Source: Mycobacterium sp. (GTDB lineage: Bacteria; Actinomycetota; Actinomycetes; Mycobacteriales; Mycobacteriaceae). Taken from it: DNA of 41,268 bases. Position numbers and translations under genes: made by a program. The notes beneath the pieces are model-generated. The model saw nothing but the letters and a program-made list of their open reading frames with translations. It was not told where the DNA came from and made no database searches. The stretch's first letter is position 1; each line of letters opens with the position of its first letter. Shown one piece after another: positions 18,801 to 31,017 of this stretch. The DNA lies in NCBI RefSeq assembly GCF_049673265.1, contig NZ_JBATXN010000687.1, positions 1 through 41,268 of the forward strand, read 5' to 3'.

Positions 18801-20232
18801 CGGCAGCCAATGCCGAACGCGACTGCTGCAGCGCCTCGGCGCTTCGGGCCGACATCAACAGCACCTGCGGACCGGGCTTGGGCGCCGAGACCGGGACCGA
18901 TGGCGCCTCTTCAAGTACCACATGTGCGTTGGTGCCACCGACACCGAACGAGCTGACCCCGGCGCGCAGGATGCCGTCCCATTCCCACGGGCCGTATTCG
19001 CTGCGCACGACGAACGGCCCACGGTCGAGGTGCAATTCCGGGTTCGGGCTGGTGTAGTGCAGCGTCGGCGGAATTGCCCGATGCTCGAGGCACAGGATCG
19101 CCTTGATCAGGCTGGCGATCCCGGCGGCCGACTCCAGGTGACCGATATTGGACTTGACCGACCCGATGAAACATGGTGCAGCACGGTCCATTTCGGAAAC
19201 AGCGAATGCCTGTCGCAGGCCTTCGATTTCAATCGGGTCACCCAACGGTGTGCCGGTTCCATGCGTCTCGATATAGCTCACAGTCGACGAGTCGACGTCG
19301 GCGATCGCCTGTGCCTCGGCGATGACGTCGGCCTGCCCGGCCGCGTTGGGAGCGGCATAGGTCATCTTCGTCGAGCCGTCGTTGTTCAGCGCCGATCCGC
19401 GAATGACGGCGTGAATCCGGTCGCCGTCATCGACGGCATCCTGCAGCGCCTTCAGCACCACCACGCCGACTCCGCTTCCGAAAATCGTGCCGTCGGAGCG
19501 GACGTCGAATGGCCGACAGTGGCCAGTCGGCGAGACCATCGATCCGGGGGCGTACCAGTACCCGACGTGGTGCGGGATACGCAGCGATGCGCCGCCGGCC
19601 AGTGCCATCTCACACTCGCCGTTCAGAATGCTCTGACACGCCAGGTGCAGCGCGACCAAGGCAGACGAGCAGGCCGTCTGCACCGAGAGCGCCGGCCCGC
19701 GCAGGTTGAACGCGTGCGCCACTTTGGTGGCCAGGTAATCCTTGTCGTTCTGCAACGACAGATTGACCATATCGAATGTAATGCCTTGTCCCATAACCAC
19801 ATTAGGGTCATGGTTGGACATGATGTTGTGCAGGAGGTACCCGCTGGTGGTACTCGTCGCGTACACGCCGACCGAGCCCTCTATTTCGGCAGGGTCGTAG
19901 CCCGCATCTTCGACCGCGTGAAACGCGGTCTGCAAAAAAAGGCGATGCTGCGGATCGGTCGAGCGCGCCACGTGCGGGGTGAAGCCGAAGAAGTCGGCGT
20001 CGAATTCGTCTATCCCGTCCAGCAATGCGGCACGCCGCACGTACGCGTGATTCGCCAATGCCTTCTCGGGGATGCCCTCGGCCAGCAGGTCGTCTTCGGC
20101 CAGCGTGACGATCGACTCCTCGCCACGGCGCAGGTTGTCCCAGAATGCCGACAGCGTGTTGGCACCAGGAAACCTGGCCGCCATGCCGACGACCGCAATC
20201 GCGTTGGGCGGCAGTTCGCTGTTGCTGGTCAC
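15805..20232 (-). CDS. ppsE: PKS5: PpsE ortholog, KS-AT-ACP-condensation-like domain
   Basis: KS QTACSS/HGTGT/GHLE, AT GHSIG and SHAFH, ACP LGGDSL, and a C-terminal C-domain ([30 protein letters not shown]). GTG start overlaps the upstream TGA. Confidence 0.92.
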   Translation of the reverse strand: MTSNSELPPNAIAVVGMAARFPGANTLSAFWDNLRRGEESIVTLAEDDLLAEGIPEKALANHAYVRRAALLDGIDEFDADFFGFTPHVARSTDPQHRLFLQTAFHAVEDAGYDPAEIEGSVGVYATSTTSGYLLHNIMSNHDPNVVMGQGITFDMVNLSLQNDKDYLATKVAHAFNLRGPALSVQTACSSALVALHLACQSILNGECEMALAGGASLRIPHHVGYWYAPGSMVSPTGHCRPFDVRSDGTIFGSGVGVVVLKALQDAVDDGDRIHAVIRGSALNNDGSTKMTYAAPNAAGQADVIAEAQAIADVDSSTVSYIETHGTGTPLGDPIEIEGLRQAFAVSEMDRAAPCFIGSVKSNIGHLESAAGIASLIKAILCLEHRAIPPTLHYTSPNPELHLDRGPFVVRSEYGPWEWDGILRAGVSSFGVGGTNAHVVLEEAPSVPVSAPKPGPQVLLMSARSAEALQQSRSALAAELSGDDVSLSDVAYTLTRRRKENIRIAAVVKDQQDATAVLEAAEHDNIFIGESAPKADVSDRVVFLFPGQGAQHIGMARGLYESEPVFAEHFDQCAAGFGEELGVDLRAEIFDGTARNLERTDRTQPALFTVEYALAKLIETYGIRPAALAGHSIGEYVAGTIAGVFDIATAIKVVSMRARLMHAAPRGVMVAVALSPDAIAEHLSGDVDVAAINEPGGCVVAGSEENIRKFSERLTEKGIVARRVRTSHAFHSRLMDSMIPEFTGFLSRLTLHEPQIPLLSNVTGTWLAPSEATNAATWARQVRSTVRFSDEIDVLLTDPDRIVVEVGPGGTLTASAMRHPKWSTGHHAIRLMRHHAQNRDDRDAFLLALGQLWSSGVEVDWTPLRGGQQPRLLTIAGYPFERQRHWVDHRPHGGWVADTAAVNGAATPAGTAAADAAGAASNGKSPMEATLQRIWGQCLGIGSVDRKANFFELGGDSLVAISVAMTAGNEGLDLTPQDLYENQTIAALAKALTARYAAGGLARQSLSDVTHPPVPPNISYFLERGVKERGQWRVPLLLQLRPDVSVDDVRSVLTAVTNHHDALRLQIVERAGTWEQVVSEPQELAELATRSLPDDVSPASAQEREALLGILNEQIREQDLISPPLTATYVRGVQGGSCYLAISVHAIAADITSRETLLADIFTAFGQRLAGDEIALEPVSTPWTEWSQRCAGLAIHPAVVESRDFWLETATASSLPVANRDITEGPGVADLVRLHSALTVAETTEIDDARRRLRVPIEQILLAALTRTIAAAVGDGSVAVDIGGPGRSVLKPDVDLRRTVGWFTTVYPVALDCAKGDGTSAKQLLDDVHSRLNAVPHYGIGYGLLRYLYAPTARLLGAARPADIYFSYVGTIPDLPSLPSEAAPVQFDPDIAMPVRDTIPGLGHAIEFRVYRGAGVLNLDWWHDSRRVESSTAQSLADGFAKALMELTREALAEDELDAEGDEMALVDLSSIDTPG

Positions 20233-23200
20233 ACTCGATCTCCTACCTTCCGCCGAGCCGCGGCTCGCTGCCGGGCTGCGGCGCGTTGCTTGGCTCTGTC
20301 ACGAACCGCGTTGCCGGTGTCGGCGGCCTTCTCGGTGTCAAGACCCAGTTGGCGGATGAGATCGGTCGTCAGCGCAGCCAACGACGCACCTTGTAGCAAC
20401 AGGGCCACCGGCGGTTCCACGCCGAAGTCCCCCCGAACAGTGTTGCGGATTCGCACAGCCATAAGCGAATCCATTCCCAATTCGGTCAGCGGCTGATCGA
20501 CGTCAATCGTGCTGTCTTTCGGATATCCCATGATGGCCAGGATGCGACCGCCCAGTCGTCCGAGGACGACCCGGTTGACTTCGGCGGCGTCCATCTCGCG
20601 CAACGCATCGGGTCCCGCCCAATCGTCGTCAGCGCTGTCGGTGTCGAGTTCCTCGGCCAACTTCGTGAAATAGCCGAGCTGGGCAATCTCCGGGAACGCA
20701 GCCGCGGCGCGGTCCAGCCGCAGGCGGGCCACCCCGATCCGGGTGGGCGCAGTGGCGAGGATGGCCTCCAGCGCCTCGATGCCTTCGGCCGGCGCGATGG
20801 GATCCAGCGCGCTGAACGTCAATGAGCGCGCGACACCGATGTCGGACCACTGGCCCCAATTGATCGTGGTGGCGGGCAAGCCAGATGCGCGACGCCAGTC
20901 GACCAGGCCATCGAGCCAGGCACTCGCTGCGGCGTAGGCGCCCTGTCCTGGGGCGCCCAGCAATGACGACGTCGACGAAAAGCCGACCCACCAGTCGAGT
21001 TCGCGCTCGGCGGTCGCGACATGCAGCCGCAGTGCGCCAATGGCTTTCGGCGCCCATACTCGTTCCAGGCTCTCCCTGGAGAGGCCGACGACGATTTGAT
21101 CGTCCAGTACGACAGCGCTGTGCAAGAGGCCTCGCAACGCCAGCCCGGTCTCTTCCGCGGCGCTCACCAGCCGCTCGGCGACTCCGGGTGCGGCGATATC
21201 GCCAGACACCACAACGATTTGCGCTCGCTGCTCAAGGTCGGCGAGCATCGTTTGCGCCTCCTCGGACGGCGCGGACCGGCCGTTGAGGATGACGCGTCCG
21301 GCGCCGCTGTCGACCAGCCAACGGGCCATGGCCAAGCCAATCCCGCCGAGTCCGCCCGTAAGAATGTACGACCCGTCACGCCGAACGACCGCATCGAACT
21401 TAGCCTCACCGAGCGTCGCACGGGAAAGCCGCTTCGCATAACGATTTTCGCCGCGCCACGCGATGATGTCATCGGTGGAAGCCAGCCCGAGTTCGCCTGC
21501 CAGCGACATCAGGGTGTCGCCGGCGAGATCGACCAACGTGGTGCGAAGGTCGGGATGTTCGTAGGCGAGAACCCGGATCAACCCGGTCAGGCCGCTGATC
21601 GACGGGTCGCCCCGTTCTCCGTCGTTGACGGCCAGGCCGTCGCGGGAAACCAGCCACAGTCGCGGCGACTTGCCGTGCCACCCGCTGAGGATTGTGCGGA
21701 CCGTCGAGGCGACGCCCCAGGCCAGGTCGCGGCCGTGCGCCGGCGCATCACCGGATTCGGTCCCGTCGAATGACTGCCGACCCGCGAAGATGACCACGCC
21801 GACCGGCGGGAGCTCGGGGTCTCCCGCGGCTTGCGAGAAGGCTTCGAGGACGGCCGATTCGTGTGAAAGCTCGGCGGTGATCACCCGTCGGGTCGCGGAG
21901 CCGAATCCGGCGATGAATTCCTTTGCAGCCGCCTCGGTCTCGGCACCGTCTGTCAGCACCAGCCAACTGCCCTCGGGCGCGGGCGCCGCAGCGTCGACGG
22001 GAGTCTCGACCCACTCGGTGTCAAAAATCTTCTGCGTCAGTGGCAGTGGCACACTGCGGCGTTGCACACGTTGCAGGTAGATGCCGGTGATCTCCGCGGT
22101 CGGTGTGCCGTTCTCGTCGGTCAATAGGACACGGCCCGTCAGCCCGGCACCGTCGCCGTCAGGGTTGACCAGCTCGGCGCGGCATCGGGCGCGACGCCCG
22201 ACATCGCCGAACACCCGGATCTTCTCGAACGAAACCGGCAGATAAGTGGCCTCATTGGCGTCGGCCAGCGATTCGCTCGACATCGCGGCGGCCAGCCCCT
22301 GCAACGCCGCGTCCAGCAGCACCGGGTGGATGCGATAAGCACGATGCGCGGTCGCCTCGTCTGGCAGCACGATCTCGGTCTCCGACGAACCGCCTGCCCG
22401 GCGCACAATGCGAGTCAGGGCAGCAAACGCCTGCCCGTGATGCAAACCGGTGGTGCGTAACGCGGAGTACAGATCCGCCGGCGAAATCACGGTACCGGGA
22501 TCTGTGAAAGTGGTTGGCGTGGCAGGTGCCTCGGGCTGCGCGACCTCGACGTGGGCAACGGCATGGCGGGTCCAGGCGCCGGCGGCCGAGCGGGAGTGGA
22601 TTTCGATGCGAATGTCGTCGCCGTCTTCTGCGCCTCGGGAGAGCTGCGTCGTGAGAGGCGTTTGGGCGCCCAGCGGGAGCATCTGTTCGACTTCGACTCG
22701 GACGGTTACCGACTGCGCCGGCAGGCCGAGGGCTTCGCTGGCGGCCGCCAACGCTATTTCGCCGAAACCGGTTCCCGGCATGACCGGCTGACCATGCACC
22801 TTGTGGTCGGCCATCCAGGGCAGCGATTCGGTGCCGACATCGGCCTGCCACACATGATCGCGGCCGGAAGGCATCTCGACGTGGGTTCCCAGCAGCGGGT
22901 GAGTGCTGGCGGACTGCCGAGTTGCCGAAAATGGCGCCGCCCAATAGCGGGAATGCAACCACGGAGTCGGCGGAAGATCGACGAACTTTACTGTGCCGCT
23001 TGCCATCTGCGCGGATGTGACTGACGGCGGCCGAACCGTAGCCAACTGGGTGTGGAAGGCGAGCGTCTCTGGGTTATCCCGGTTCAACGTCGCCGCGACG
23101 TGGGCACCGCCGCGCGGCCGGGCCGATTCCAACGTGCCGTTAATGGCGTGGCTCAGCAGTGGGTGCGGGCTGACTTCGATGAAGAAGTGGTTCTGCGCAG

Positions 23201-25634
23201 CAGATGTCACCGCCTGGCTGAACCGCACCGGGTTACGCAGATTGACCACCCAGTAGTCGGCGTCGAATGCCGGTGCTACACCATTGGTTTGACCGACGGT
23301 GCTGATCAACGGGATCTTCGGCATCATCGGATTCAAACCCGCCAGCGCAGTGCGCAACTCGGGCAGGATCGGGTCAACCGTGGGGTGGTGCGAGGCCACG
23401 TCCACTTCGATGCGACGCGCCAACCGGCCCTGCGCATCCACCACCGCAACCACCGCGTCGACCTGCTCGGGCGGGCCGGCGATCACCGTCTGCTCCGGGG
23501 CGGCATACACCGCGACGGTGATATCCGGATAGTCGGCGATCAACTTCTCGACGGCCTCGGCATCCAGTTCGAGCAGCGCCATCGCGCCCTGACCGGACAG
23601 CCGCGACATCAGCTTCGACCGGGTCGAGATCACCTTCAAGCCATCAGCCGGGCTCAGCGCCCCGGCCACGACGGCCGCGGTCACCTCCCCCATCGAATGC
23701 CCGATCACCGCATCCGGTTGCACCCCATACGAGCGCCACAACGCGGTCAACGCCAACTGCATACCGACCAACGCCGGCTGGATACGCTCGATACCGACCA
23801 CCGGCTCACCGGCAACCAGCACATCGCGCAGCGAAAAACCGGCTTGCGCAACGAAATCCGGCTCCAACTCGTCGATCGCGGCAGCGAAAGCGGGTTCGTC
23901 GGTCAACAACTGGCGGCCCATGCCGGCCCACTGTGAACCCTGGCCTGAATACAAAAACACCGTGCCTGATCCGCGTGGCGCCTCACGCGGGCCGACCACC
24001 CCCGGCGTCGGTTGCCCGGCGGCCAGTGCCCGCAGTCCCGCCACGGACTCGGCCCGATCGCGCGCGGACACCGTGGCGAATTTGTTGTGGTGGCTTCGGT
24101 AGTGGTTGACGGTGTGTGCGATATCTGCCAGCGGCACGCCGGCACCCTCATCGACCATCCAATCGGCGAGGGCCGTCGCCCACGACGCGATCCGTTGTTC
24201 CGTCTTGCCGTAAACCGCCAATGTCGTTATCGGCGAGGCATCGGCATGCGAGGCCGGCGCCGGATCCGGCCCTTGTTCGATCACGACGTGTGCGTTTGTG
24301 CCACCGATGCCGAACGACGACACGGCGGCCCGCCGCGGGCCTTCCTCGGCGGGCCATGGGCTGAGCTCAGTGGGGACGAACAGCCTCGTGGGTGACGGAT
24401 CGATCGCCGGATTCCATTGCGAAAAGTTGAGATTGGGCGGTATCTGCGCCCGCTGCACCGACAACGCGGCCTTGATGAACCCGGCAATGCCGGCCGCAGC
24501 CTCCAAGTGGCCGAAGTTGGATTTCACCGCACCCAGGGCGCAGCGACTCTCGCCGCGCCCGTACTGATCGGCCAACGCTTCGAATTCGATCGGGTCGCCC
24601 AACGCGGTGCCGGTGCCGTGCGCCTCGATGAAGTTCACCGAGCCCGCGGTGACGTCGGCGCTGCGCAATGCGCGCGTGATGACGTCAACCTGGGCGATGG
24701 TGTTGGGCGCGGTCAGGCCATTGGACCGGCCGTCCTGGTTCACCGCCGAACCGCGCACAACGGCTAACACCCTGTCGCCGTCACGCACCGCGTCGGTGAG
24801 CCGCTTGAGCACCACCACCCCACAACCTTCGCCGCGGACGAAGCCATCGGCTCTGGAGTCAAAGGAGTGACACCGGCCCCGCGGAGACAGCATTCCCCAC
24901 TTGGCCATGGCGATCTGAGTTTCCGGGCGCAAGATCAGACTGACCCCGCCGGCCAGGGCGAGGTCGCTTTCCCGCAATCGCAGGCTCTGGCAAGCCAGAT
25001 GGATAGTGACCAGCGACGACGAACACGCGGAATCGATCGCAACCGCCGGACCGCGCAGCCCTAGCAGGTACGAGATGCGCCCGACCGCGACGGCGTGGGC
25101 GTTGCCCGTCGCGGAGTAGGCATCGATGGTGTCGGGGTTGGCCGCCGAAATCGTTTGATACTCACCGTAATACACGCCCATCATCACGGCGGCACGCACA
25201 CCGGACAGTTTGTCTGTCGCGATCCCCGCGTGCTCGAGCGCTTCGTAGGCCACCTCCAGCATCAGCCGTTGCTGGGGGTCCATCGCTTCGGCCTCACGCG
25301 GGGAAATACCGAAGTAGTCGGCGTCGAAGCCGGCCACGTCGGACAAGAAGCCGCCCCACTTCGACGACATCCGGCCGGGCGCGAATTGGTCCGGGTCGTA
25401 ATATTCGTCGGCATTCCAACGGTCAGAAGGGATTTCGCTGATGCCATCCCCGCCGTTAGCCAAGAAGTTCCAGTAACCCTGCGGTCCTACCGCACCACCG
25501 GGGAAACGGCAGCCGATCCCCACCACCGCCACCGGTTCGGCGGCGGCGATCCGCGAAGCCTTGTCGAACTGCTGCGTCAGCGCGTCCCGCTTGTCGGCGG
25601 GCATCGCCGAAACCCTGTCGAAGATCGTTCCCAT
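20229..25634 (-). CDS. PKS4: Pps-family module KS-AT-DH-KR-ACP (PpsB-type N-dock/KS on a PpsD-type body)
   Basis: KS DSACSS/HGTGT/GHLE, AT GHSMG and EVDVASH, intact DH HKVHGQPVMP and DAALQ, KR GGLGGIG/LDD/YAAAS, ACP LGMDSL, and PpsD-like tail RDRAKQRAAARQRAAARR. No ER. TAATG overlap with PKS3. Confidence 0.92.
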   Translation of the reverse strand: MGTIFDRVSAMPADKRDALTQQFDKASRIAAAEPVAVVGIGCRFPGGAVGPQGYWNFLANGGDGISEIPSDRWNADEYYDPDQFAPGRMSSKWGGFLSDVAGFDADYFGISPREAEAMDPQQRLMLEVAYEALEHAGIATDKLSGVRAAVMMGVYYGEYQTISAANPDTIDAYSATGNAHAVAVGRISYLLGLRGPAVAIDSACSSSLVTIHLACQSLRLRESDLALAGGVSLILRPETQIAMAKWGMLSPRGRCHSFDSRADGFVRGEGCGVVVLKRLTDAVRDGDRVLAVVRGSAVNQDGRSNGLTAPNTIAQVDVITRALRSADVTAGSVNFIEAHGTGTALGDPIEFEALADQYGRGESRCALGAVKSNFGHLEAAAGIAGFIKAALSVQRAQIPPNLNFSQWNPAIDPSPTRLFVPTELSPWPAEEGPRRAAVSSFGIGGTNAHVVIEQGPDPAPASHADASPITTLAVYGKTEQRIASWATALADWMVDEGAGVPLADIAHTVNHYRSHHNKFATVSARDRAESVAGLRALAAGQPTPGVVGPREAPRGSGTVFLYSGQGSQWAGMGRQLLTDEPAFAAAIDELEPDFVAQAGFSLRDVLVAGEPVVGIERIQPALVGMQLALTALWRSYGVQPDAVIGHSMGEVTAAVVAGALSPADGLKVISTRSKLMSRLSGQGAMALLELDAEAVEKLIADYPDITVAVYAAPEQTVIAGPPEQVDAVVAVVDAQGRLARRIEVDVASHHPTVDPILPELRTALAGLNPMMPKIPLISTVGQTNGVAPAFDADYWVVNLRNPVRFSQAVTSAAQNHFFIEVSPHPLLSHAINGTLESARPRGGAHVAATLNRDNPETLAFHTQLATVRPPSVTSAQMASGTVKFVDLPPTPWLHSRYWAAPFSATRQSASTHPLLGTHVEMPSGRDHVWQADVGTESLPWMADHKVHGQPVMPGTGFGEIALAAASEALGLPAQSVTVRVEVEQMLPLGAQTPLTTQLSRGAEDGDDIRIEIHSRSAAGAWTRHAVAHVEVAQPEAPATPTTFTDPGTVISPADLYSALRTTGLHHGQAFAALTRIVRRAGGSSETEIVLPDEATAHRAYRIHPVLLDAALQGLAAAMSSESLADANEATYLPVSFEKIRVFGDVGRRARCRAELVNPDGDGAGLTGRVLLTDENGTPTAEITGIYLQRVQRRSVPLPLTQKIFDTEWVETPVDAAAPAPEGSWLVLTDGAETEAAAKEFIAGFGSATRRVITAELSHESAVLEAFSQAAGDPELPPVGVVIFAGRQSFDGTESGDAPAHGRDLAWGVASTVRTILSGWHGKSPRLWLVSRDGLAVNDGERGDPSISGLTGLIRVLAYEHPDLRTTLVDLAGDTLMSLAGELGLASTDDIIAWRGENRYAKRLSRATLGEAKFDAVVRRDGSYILTGGLGGIGLAMARWLVDSGAGRVILNGRSAPSEEAQTMLADLEQRAQIVVVSGDIAAPGVAERLVSAAEETGLALRGLLHSAVVLDDQIVVGLSRESLERVWAPKAIGALRLHVATAERELDWWVGFSSTSSLLGAPGQGAYAAASAWLDGLVDWRRASGLPATTINWGQWSDIGVARSLTFSALDPIAPAEGIEALEAILATAPTRIGVARLRLDRAAAAFPEIAQLGYFTKLAEELDTDSADDDWAGPDALREMDAAEVNRVVLGRLGGRILAIMGYPKDSTIDVDQPLTELGMDSLMAVRIRNTVRGDFGVEPPVALLLQGASLAALTTDLIRQLGLDTEKAADTGNAVRDRAKQRAAARQRAAARRKVGDRV
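23220..23950 (-). repeat. AT-coding segment of PKS4, highly similar at DNA level to the PKS3 AT (~28570-29300)
   Basis: Long identical runs, e.g. CCATACGAGCGCCACAACGCGGTCAACGCCAACTGCATACC, and a shared normally variable loop [14 protein letters not shown]. Confidence 0.8.
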
Positions 25635-28600
25635 TAAAAAATACCGCTCTCACTGCCCGCCGAAGCCGACTCCACCTGATCGAACAACTCATCCAACACC
25701 CCGCCGGGCGACTCCAGCTCAAGATCGTCGGTTTCGTCCGGCGCGACTTCTTGGGGTGCCAACAGGCCCACCACGTACGTCGCCAGTGACGAGATGGTCG
25801 GGTGGTTAAACAGCATATTCGCCGACAGGTCGATACCCACCAGCTTCTGAGTCTCTCGCAGGACCGTCATCGCCATCATCGAGTCCAGTCCCAGCTCGGG
25901 GAACGGCTGATCGGTGTTGATCGCTGACGCCGACATTCGCAATTCGCGGGCCAACATGCTCCGCAGCCTGGCCTCGAGTTCGCTGAGCCGGTCCTCGGCC
26001 GACAACTGCGACCAGTCCGGGGCGGAGACGTGCGCCTGGTCCCCGTCCACCATGGCCGGCCGTTGGTCGACGGTGACAACGTCGAACGCCTTGTCGAATT
26101 CGGCCACCACATTTTCGAAGTAGTTGAGTTCGCGGAACTCGGGGGTGGTGGCAAAGGCGCGATCAAGGCGCAGCCGTCCCACACCGACCCGAGCCAGCGC
26201 GCCGCCGACCAGCGACTCGAGCGCTTCGACGCCTTCGTCGGGAGTGATCGGATCGAGAACGCTGTAGGTCAGCGCGTGGCTCATCCCGACGTCGGACCAC
26301 TGGCCCCAGTTGATCGCGGTCGCGGGCAGCCCCGATGCGCGTCGCCATGCCATCAACGCATCGAGCCACGCGTTGGCCGTCGCATACGCCAATTGACCGG
26401 GCAGACCCAGCAGGGTGGCCATCGAGGAGAAGCCAACCCACCAGTCGACCTCGCGGGTCGAAGTCGCGGCGTGCAGCCGCAATGCGCCGCCCACCTTCGG
26501 CGCCCACACCCGTTGCATGCCTTCGGAGGTGAGCGCAGTCACCAGACCATCACCGGTCACACCGGCCGCATGCACGACTCCGCGCAGTGGGCGTCCAGTC
26601 TCTTCGGCGGCCGCCACCAGCCGATCTGCTACTCCCGCCGAAGCGATATCTCCTGAGACAAAGACGATTTCGGTGTCGTGGCCAAGCTCGGCAAGAGCTT
26701 GTTGCTGAACATCTGACGGCTGGCTTCGGCCGTTGAGCACAATCCGCCCCGCACCGCGCTCGACAAGCCAACGGGTGACGACTGTGCCGAGCCCCCCCAG
26801 GCCGCCGGTGACGATGTATGACGCGTCGGGGTGAACAACCGCCTCCCGGCGGCCACCATCGAGCGCCGCGCGCGAGAGCCGTTCCACATATCGGCCGTCG
26901 CTACGCCACGCGATCACGTCATCGCCGGCGGGCGAACCGAGTTCGGTGAGCAACGCCGCGATCGACGACTCCGGATCGTTCGCTGTGCCCAGGTCGACCA
27001 GCGTGGTCCCGAGATCTGGCTCACCCGCCAGGACGCGCGCCGCTTCGCCGGGGAACCGCCAGTTACGAATGAGACCCTTAAGAGCACCGATTGCCGGATC
27101 ACCCGGCTCATCATCGCGAACCGAAAGCCCGTCACGGGTTACCAGCCACAGCCGCGGCGGATGCCCCTTTCCACCGTCGGCGACGGCGTGCGCCGCAGCT
27201 GAGATTGCCCCGATCAACTCCTGGGCGCGCCGAAGCGCCCCGTCGGCGTCGGTACCGTCAAACGACGGCGATCCGAGGAACACGACCACACCTGCGGGCG
27301 AAAGCTTTTCATCCGCCGCGGTCTTAACGAAGGTCTCCACAACTGCCGACTCATCCGACAATGCGCCAGTGACGACCCGCCTGGTCGGTGAGCTCAGCCT
27401 GGCGGCGACGTCGGCCGCGAGCGCCGCTGTCTCGGCATCGGAATCGGCCAGAAGGAGCCAGCTACCGCCGGCCACCTGGTCGGTATCCGAACCAGTTGGC
27501 GGCGTCGAACTTTGCACCCACACAGCGTCGAAGATCTTCTGCTCCAACGGCAGCCGCAACGCTTCGACCGGTCGCAGCTCGAGATCGGTGAGCTCCGCCG
27601 TGACCGTCCCCGCGTCGTCGGTGAGAGCGATTCGGCCGCGGAAGTCGCCGGGCGCTTGCTCGACCAGATCGGCGTGACACCGGGCGCGGCGCCGACTCGG
27701 ACCGAACACCCGGATCGACGCGACCGACACCGGCAGATACGACGTCGAACCGTCTGACGCGTCGACCGGGATGGCGGCAGCCAGCTGCCGCAACGCCGCA
27801 TCGAGCAGCACCGGGTGAATGCAGTATTCGGGATGGTCCGCAGCGTCGTCGGGCAGCTCGATGTCGTGGCCCGACTCGGGGTCGCGCAGCTCGGCAGGTG
27901 CCTTCTGGTCGGTCACATCGATGTCGGCTACGGCATATCGGGACCACTTGCCGTCCGCCGAACTGGCATGGATCTCAACGCGATTCCCGTCAGCGCCGGA
28001 AGCGAACTGGGTGGTGACCCGCGTGTGGCCGTCCAAAACAAGCGCCTGCTCGATCTCGAGTCGGTTGACCCCGATCGCGTCGACGGGCTGGCCAAGGGCC
28101 TGGCGGCCCGCGGCCAACGCCATCTCGGCAAAGCCCGCCGCTGGCATGACGGCCCGGCCATGAACCATGTGGTCGGCCAGCCACGGAATTGTCTCGGTTC
28201 CAATGTCGGCCTGCCACACATGTTCACGGCCAGAAGGCATTTCAACGTGCACCCCGAGCAACGGGTGCACATCCGGCAGCCGCTGCACGCCGGATTTCTT
28301 CTCGACCCAATAGCTGGCATGCAGCCACGGCGACGGCGGAATGTCTGCGCGCCGAACCCCACCGGCCGTCGGGGTCACACCGAGAGTGGCGAGTTGAGTG
28401 TGGACCGAAAGAGTTTCGTCGTCGCCGCGCTTCATCGCCGAAGTGACGACAAATCGGTCGCTCGACGGCTCCGAGGCGAGCGTTTCGCCGATGGCGTGGG
28501 TGAGCAGTGGGTGCGGGCTGACTTCGACGAAGGTGGCGTGATTCTGCGCAGCGGCCGCCACTGCCTGGCTGAACCGCACGGGGTTACGGAGATTGACCAC

Positions 28601-31012
28601 CCAGTAGTCGGCAGCAAACGCCGGTGCCGCGCCGTTGGTTTGGCCGACCGTGCTGATCAACGGAATCCGCGGCGCGGTCGGTGCCAGATCAGCCAGCGCA
28701 GTACGCAAGGCCGGCAAGATCGGATCGACGGTCGGATGGTGTGAGGCCACATCGACCTCGACGCGCCGGGCTAACAGACCTTGCGCGTCCACCACCGCGA
28801 TCACCGCGTCGACCTGCTCCGGCGGTCCGGCGATCACGGTCTGCTGGGGGGCGGCATAGACCGCCACCGTGATGTCTGGATAGTCCGCGACCAACTTCTC
28901 GGCGTCCTCGGCCCCCAACTCGAGCAGCGCCATCGCGCCCTGCCCGGACAACTGCGACATCAACTTCGACCGGGTCGCGATGACTTTGAGTCCATCGGCC
29001 GGGCTCAGCGCGCCAGCCACGACGGCAGCAGTCACCTCGCCCATCGAATGCCCAATCACCGCATCCGGTTCCACTCCATACGAGCGCCACAACGCGGTCA
29101 ACGCCAACTGCATACCCACCAACACCGGCTGGATCCGCTCGATGCCCACCACCGGCTCACCGGCAACCAGCACATCCCGCAGCGAAAACCCCGCCTGCGG
29201 GGCGAAAGCCGGCTCCAACTCGTCGACCGCCGCGGCAAACGCCGGCTCCTCGGTCAGCAACCGCTGGCCCATGCCCGGCCACTGCGAACCCTGACCCGAA
29301 TACACAAATACCGTGCCCGACGCCAGGACTCGGGTGGCCTGTTCCACAACACCCGGCGCGGGCTCGCCGTCCGCCAACGCACGCAAGCCGGCCACCGCCT
29401 GGTCGCGATCACGCGCGCACACCGCGGCGAAGCTCTTGTAACGGGCGCGGTGTTGGTTGAAGGTCTGGGCGACATCGGCTAACGGGACGTCGGCGCCGGC
29501 GCCGGCCATCCAGTCGGCCAGCATCGCGGCCAACGGCGCGATCCGGACCGGGGTCTTCCCCGAGATCACCAAAGTTTGGACTACTGGTTCTGGTTGCAAC
29601 GCAACAGGTTCCGTGGCGGGCGCCTGCTCGACGACCACGTGCGCGTTGGTGCCACTAACGCCGAACGACGACACCCCAGCGCGCCGGGGCCGTCCCACCT
29701 CCGGCCACTGCATCCCCTGCGGGGCGATGGTGAATCGCGATGCGCCCGCGCTGGCGTTGGGAGTCAACTGCTTGAAGTGCAGATGCGGCGGAATGTAGCC
29801 GTGGCCAAGGCTCAGCACGGTCTTGATGAACCCGGCGATACCGGCCGAGTTCTCCAAATGACCCATGTTGGTCTTCACCGAACCCAGTACCAGCGGAGCC
29901 GTGCGGTCCTGCTCAGGAAAAACCCGGTTCAACGCCTCGAGTTCGATCGGATCGCCCAACGCGGTGCCGGTGCCGTGCGCCTCGATGTAGTCGATCTCCG
30001 AGGGCTCCAGTCGCGCCGATGCCAAGGCCGCGCGCAGTACCGCCTGCTGGGCCGGCCCGCTGGGCACGGTCTGCCCGCTGCTTGGGCCATCCTGGTTGAC
30101 GGCCGAACCGCGTACCACGGCCCACACCGAGTCCCCGTCGCGCAGCGCATCGCTGAGCCGCTTGAGCACGACCACTGCGCAACCCTCGCTGCGGACATAG
30201 CCATTGGCGGCTGCGTCAAAGGTCTTGCATTGACCGTCGGGGGCCAGCATTCCCCACCGCGAACAGGCGATGCTGTTTTCCGGACTCATGATCAGGTTGC
30301 TTCCGGCGGCCAACGCCTGATCACTTTCCCGCCGGCGCAGGCTTTGGCACGCCAGATGAATGGCGACCAGCGATGACGAGCACGCGGTATCGAGGACCAC
30401 CGCCGGGCCGTGCACGCCCAGGAAATACGACAACCGACCCGCGGCGAAGTTAGACGCATTCCCGAACGGGAGATACGGGTCGAATTCTTCTGGGCGCACC
30501 CCTCCGGCGATGCTGAGCCAGTAGTAGTCGCTGGTCGTCAGGCCGACATAAATCCCGGTCTGCGTACTGCGAATGGCCTCTGGTGTGACGCCCGCGTTTT
30601 CCAGTGCCTCCCAAGCGACTTCGAGCAGCAGCCGATGCTGAGGATCCATCGCGACTGCCTCACGCGGAGAGATCCCGAAGAATTCGGCGTCGAATTGGTC
30701 GGGCTGCCAGGACGTCAGGAACCCGCCCTCACGGTTGCAGATCGTGCCAGGCCGGGTGTGGTCCTCGGAGTAGTACGCGTCGGCGTCCCAGCGGTCCGCA
30801 GGGACCCGGATGACGCCGCTCTGTCCATCCTTGAGGAACTGCCAGTACTCCGCGGGGGTATCCACCCCGCCGGGGAGCCGACACGCCATCCCCACCACGG
30901 CAATTGGCTCGGTATCAGCCTTTTCCGCGATCGCCAGGCGTGCAGTCAAATCGTCGATCTTGCGCAGCGCCTCGGTGATGATCGCCCGACGATCCGGCGA
31001 TGCAGCAGTCAT
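25634..31012 (-). CDS. PKS3: Pps-family module KS-AT-DH(degenerate)-KR-ACP (PpsC-type N-dock/KS, PpsD-type core, PpsA-type ACP/C-dock)
   Basis: N-terminus [31 protein letters not shown] and EVDVASH, DH with an internal deletion and DAALR, KR GGLGGLG/YATAN, ACP LGLDSM, and tail [12 protein letters not shown]. Start is ATG 31012 (alternative TTG 31021). Confidence 0.92.
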   Translation of the reverse strand: MTAASPDRRAIITEALRKIDDLTARLAIAEKADTEPIAVVGMACRLPGGVDTPAEYWQFLKDGQSGVIRVPADRWDADAYYSEDHTRPGTICNREGGFLTSWQPDQFDAEFFGISPREAVAMDPQHRLLLEVAWEALENAGVTPEAIRSTQTGIYVGLTTSDYYWLSIAGGVRPEEFDPYLPFGNASNFAAGRLSYFLGVHGPAVVLDTACSSSLVAIHLACQSLRRRESDQALAAGSNLIMSPENSIACSRWGMLAPDGQCKTFDAAANGYVRSEGCAVVVLKRLSDALRDGDSVWAVVRGSAVNQDGPSSGQTVPSGPAQQAVLRAALASARLEPSEIDYIEAHGTGTALGDPIELEALNRVFPEQDRTAPLVLGSVKTNMGHLENSAGIAGFIKTVLSLGHGYIPPHLHFKQLTPNASAGASRFTIAPQGMQWPEVGRPRRAGVSSFGVSGTNAHVVVEQAPATEPVALQPEPVVQTLVISGKTPVRIAPLAAMLADWMAGAGADVPLADVAQTFNQHRARYKSFAAVCARDRDQAVAGLRALADGEPAPGVVEQATRVLASGTVFVYSGQGSQWPGMGQRLLTEEPAFAAAVDELEPAFAPQAGFSLRDVLVAGEPVVGIERIQPVLVGMQLALTALWRSYGVEPDAVIGHSMGEVTAAVVAGALSPADGLKVIATRSKLMSQLSGQGAMALLELGAEDAEKLVADYPDITVAVYAAPQQTVIAGPPEQVDAVIAVVDAQGLLARRVEVDVASHHPTVDPILPALRTALADLAPTAPRIPLISTVGQTNGAAPAFAADYWVVNLRNPVRFSQAVAAAAQNHATFVEVSPHPLLTHAIGETLASEPSSDRFVVTSAMKRGDDETLSVHTQLATLGVTPTAGGVRRADIPPSPWLHASYWVEKKSGVQRLPDVHPLLGVHVEMPSGREHVWQADIGTETIPWLADHMVHGRAVMPAAGFAEMALAAGRQALGQPVDAIGVNRLEIEQALVLDGHTRVTTQFASGADGNRVEIHASSADGKWSRYAVADIDVTDQKAPAELRDPESGHDIELPDDAADHPEYCIHPVLLDAALRQLAAAIPVDASDGSTSYLPVSVASIRVFGPSRRRARCHADLVEQAPGDFRGRIALTDDAGTVTAELTDLELRPVEALRLPLEQKIFDAVWVQSSTPPTGSDTDQVAGGSWLLLADSDAETAALAADVAARLSSPTRRVVTGALSDESAVVETFVKTAADEKLSPAGVVVFLGSPSFDGTDADGALRRAQELIGAISAAAHAVADGGKGHPPRLWLVTRDGLSVRDDEPGDPAIGALKGLIRNWRFPGEAARVLAGEPDLGTTLVDLGTANDPESSIAALLTELGSPAGDDVIAWRSDGRYVERLSRAALDGGRREAVVHPDASYIVTGGLGGLGTVVTRWLVERGAGRIVLNGRSQPSDVQQQALAELGHDTEIVFVSGDIASAGVADRLVAAAEETGRPLRGVVHAAGVTGDGLVTALTSEGMQRVWAPKVGGALRLHAATSTREVDWWVGFSSMATLLGLPGQLAYATANAWLDALMAWRRASGLPATAINWGQWSDVGMSHALTYSVLDPITPDEGVEALESLVGGALARVGVGRLRLDRAFATTPEFRELNYFENVVAEFDKAFDVVTVDQRPAMVDGDQAHVSAPDWSQLSAEDRLSELEARLRSMLARELRMSASAINTDQPFPELGLDSMMAMTVLRETQKLVGIDLSANMLFNHPTISSLATYVVGLLAPQEVAPDETDDLELESPGGVLDELFDQVESASAGSESGIF
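30132..30202 (-). repeat. KS-coding segment of PKS3 nearly identical to PKS1 (40215-40285)
   Basis: 45 identical nt, one mismatch, then 25 identical nt. Similarity extends over the whole N-dock/KS. Confidence 0.8.
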
Positions 31013-31017
31013 TGCGC

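Noticed and set aside
18043..20496. 817-aa plus-strand ORF, and other long antisense ORFs (14882-16135, 13636-14514, 23052-23936, 29576-30376)
   Set aside because: They lie opposite well-supported genes and have no motifs; typical stop-poor shadow frames of GC-rich coding DNA.
20920..20945. PKS4 KR YAAAS (Asn to Ser) as a sign of an inactive KR
   Set aside because: The Rossmann motif, LDD, Lys and catalytic Tyr are intact, so a single substitution is insufficient evidence.
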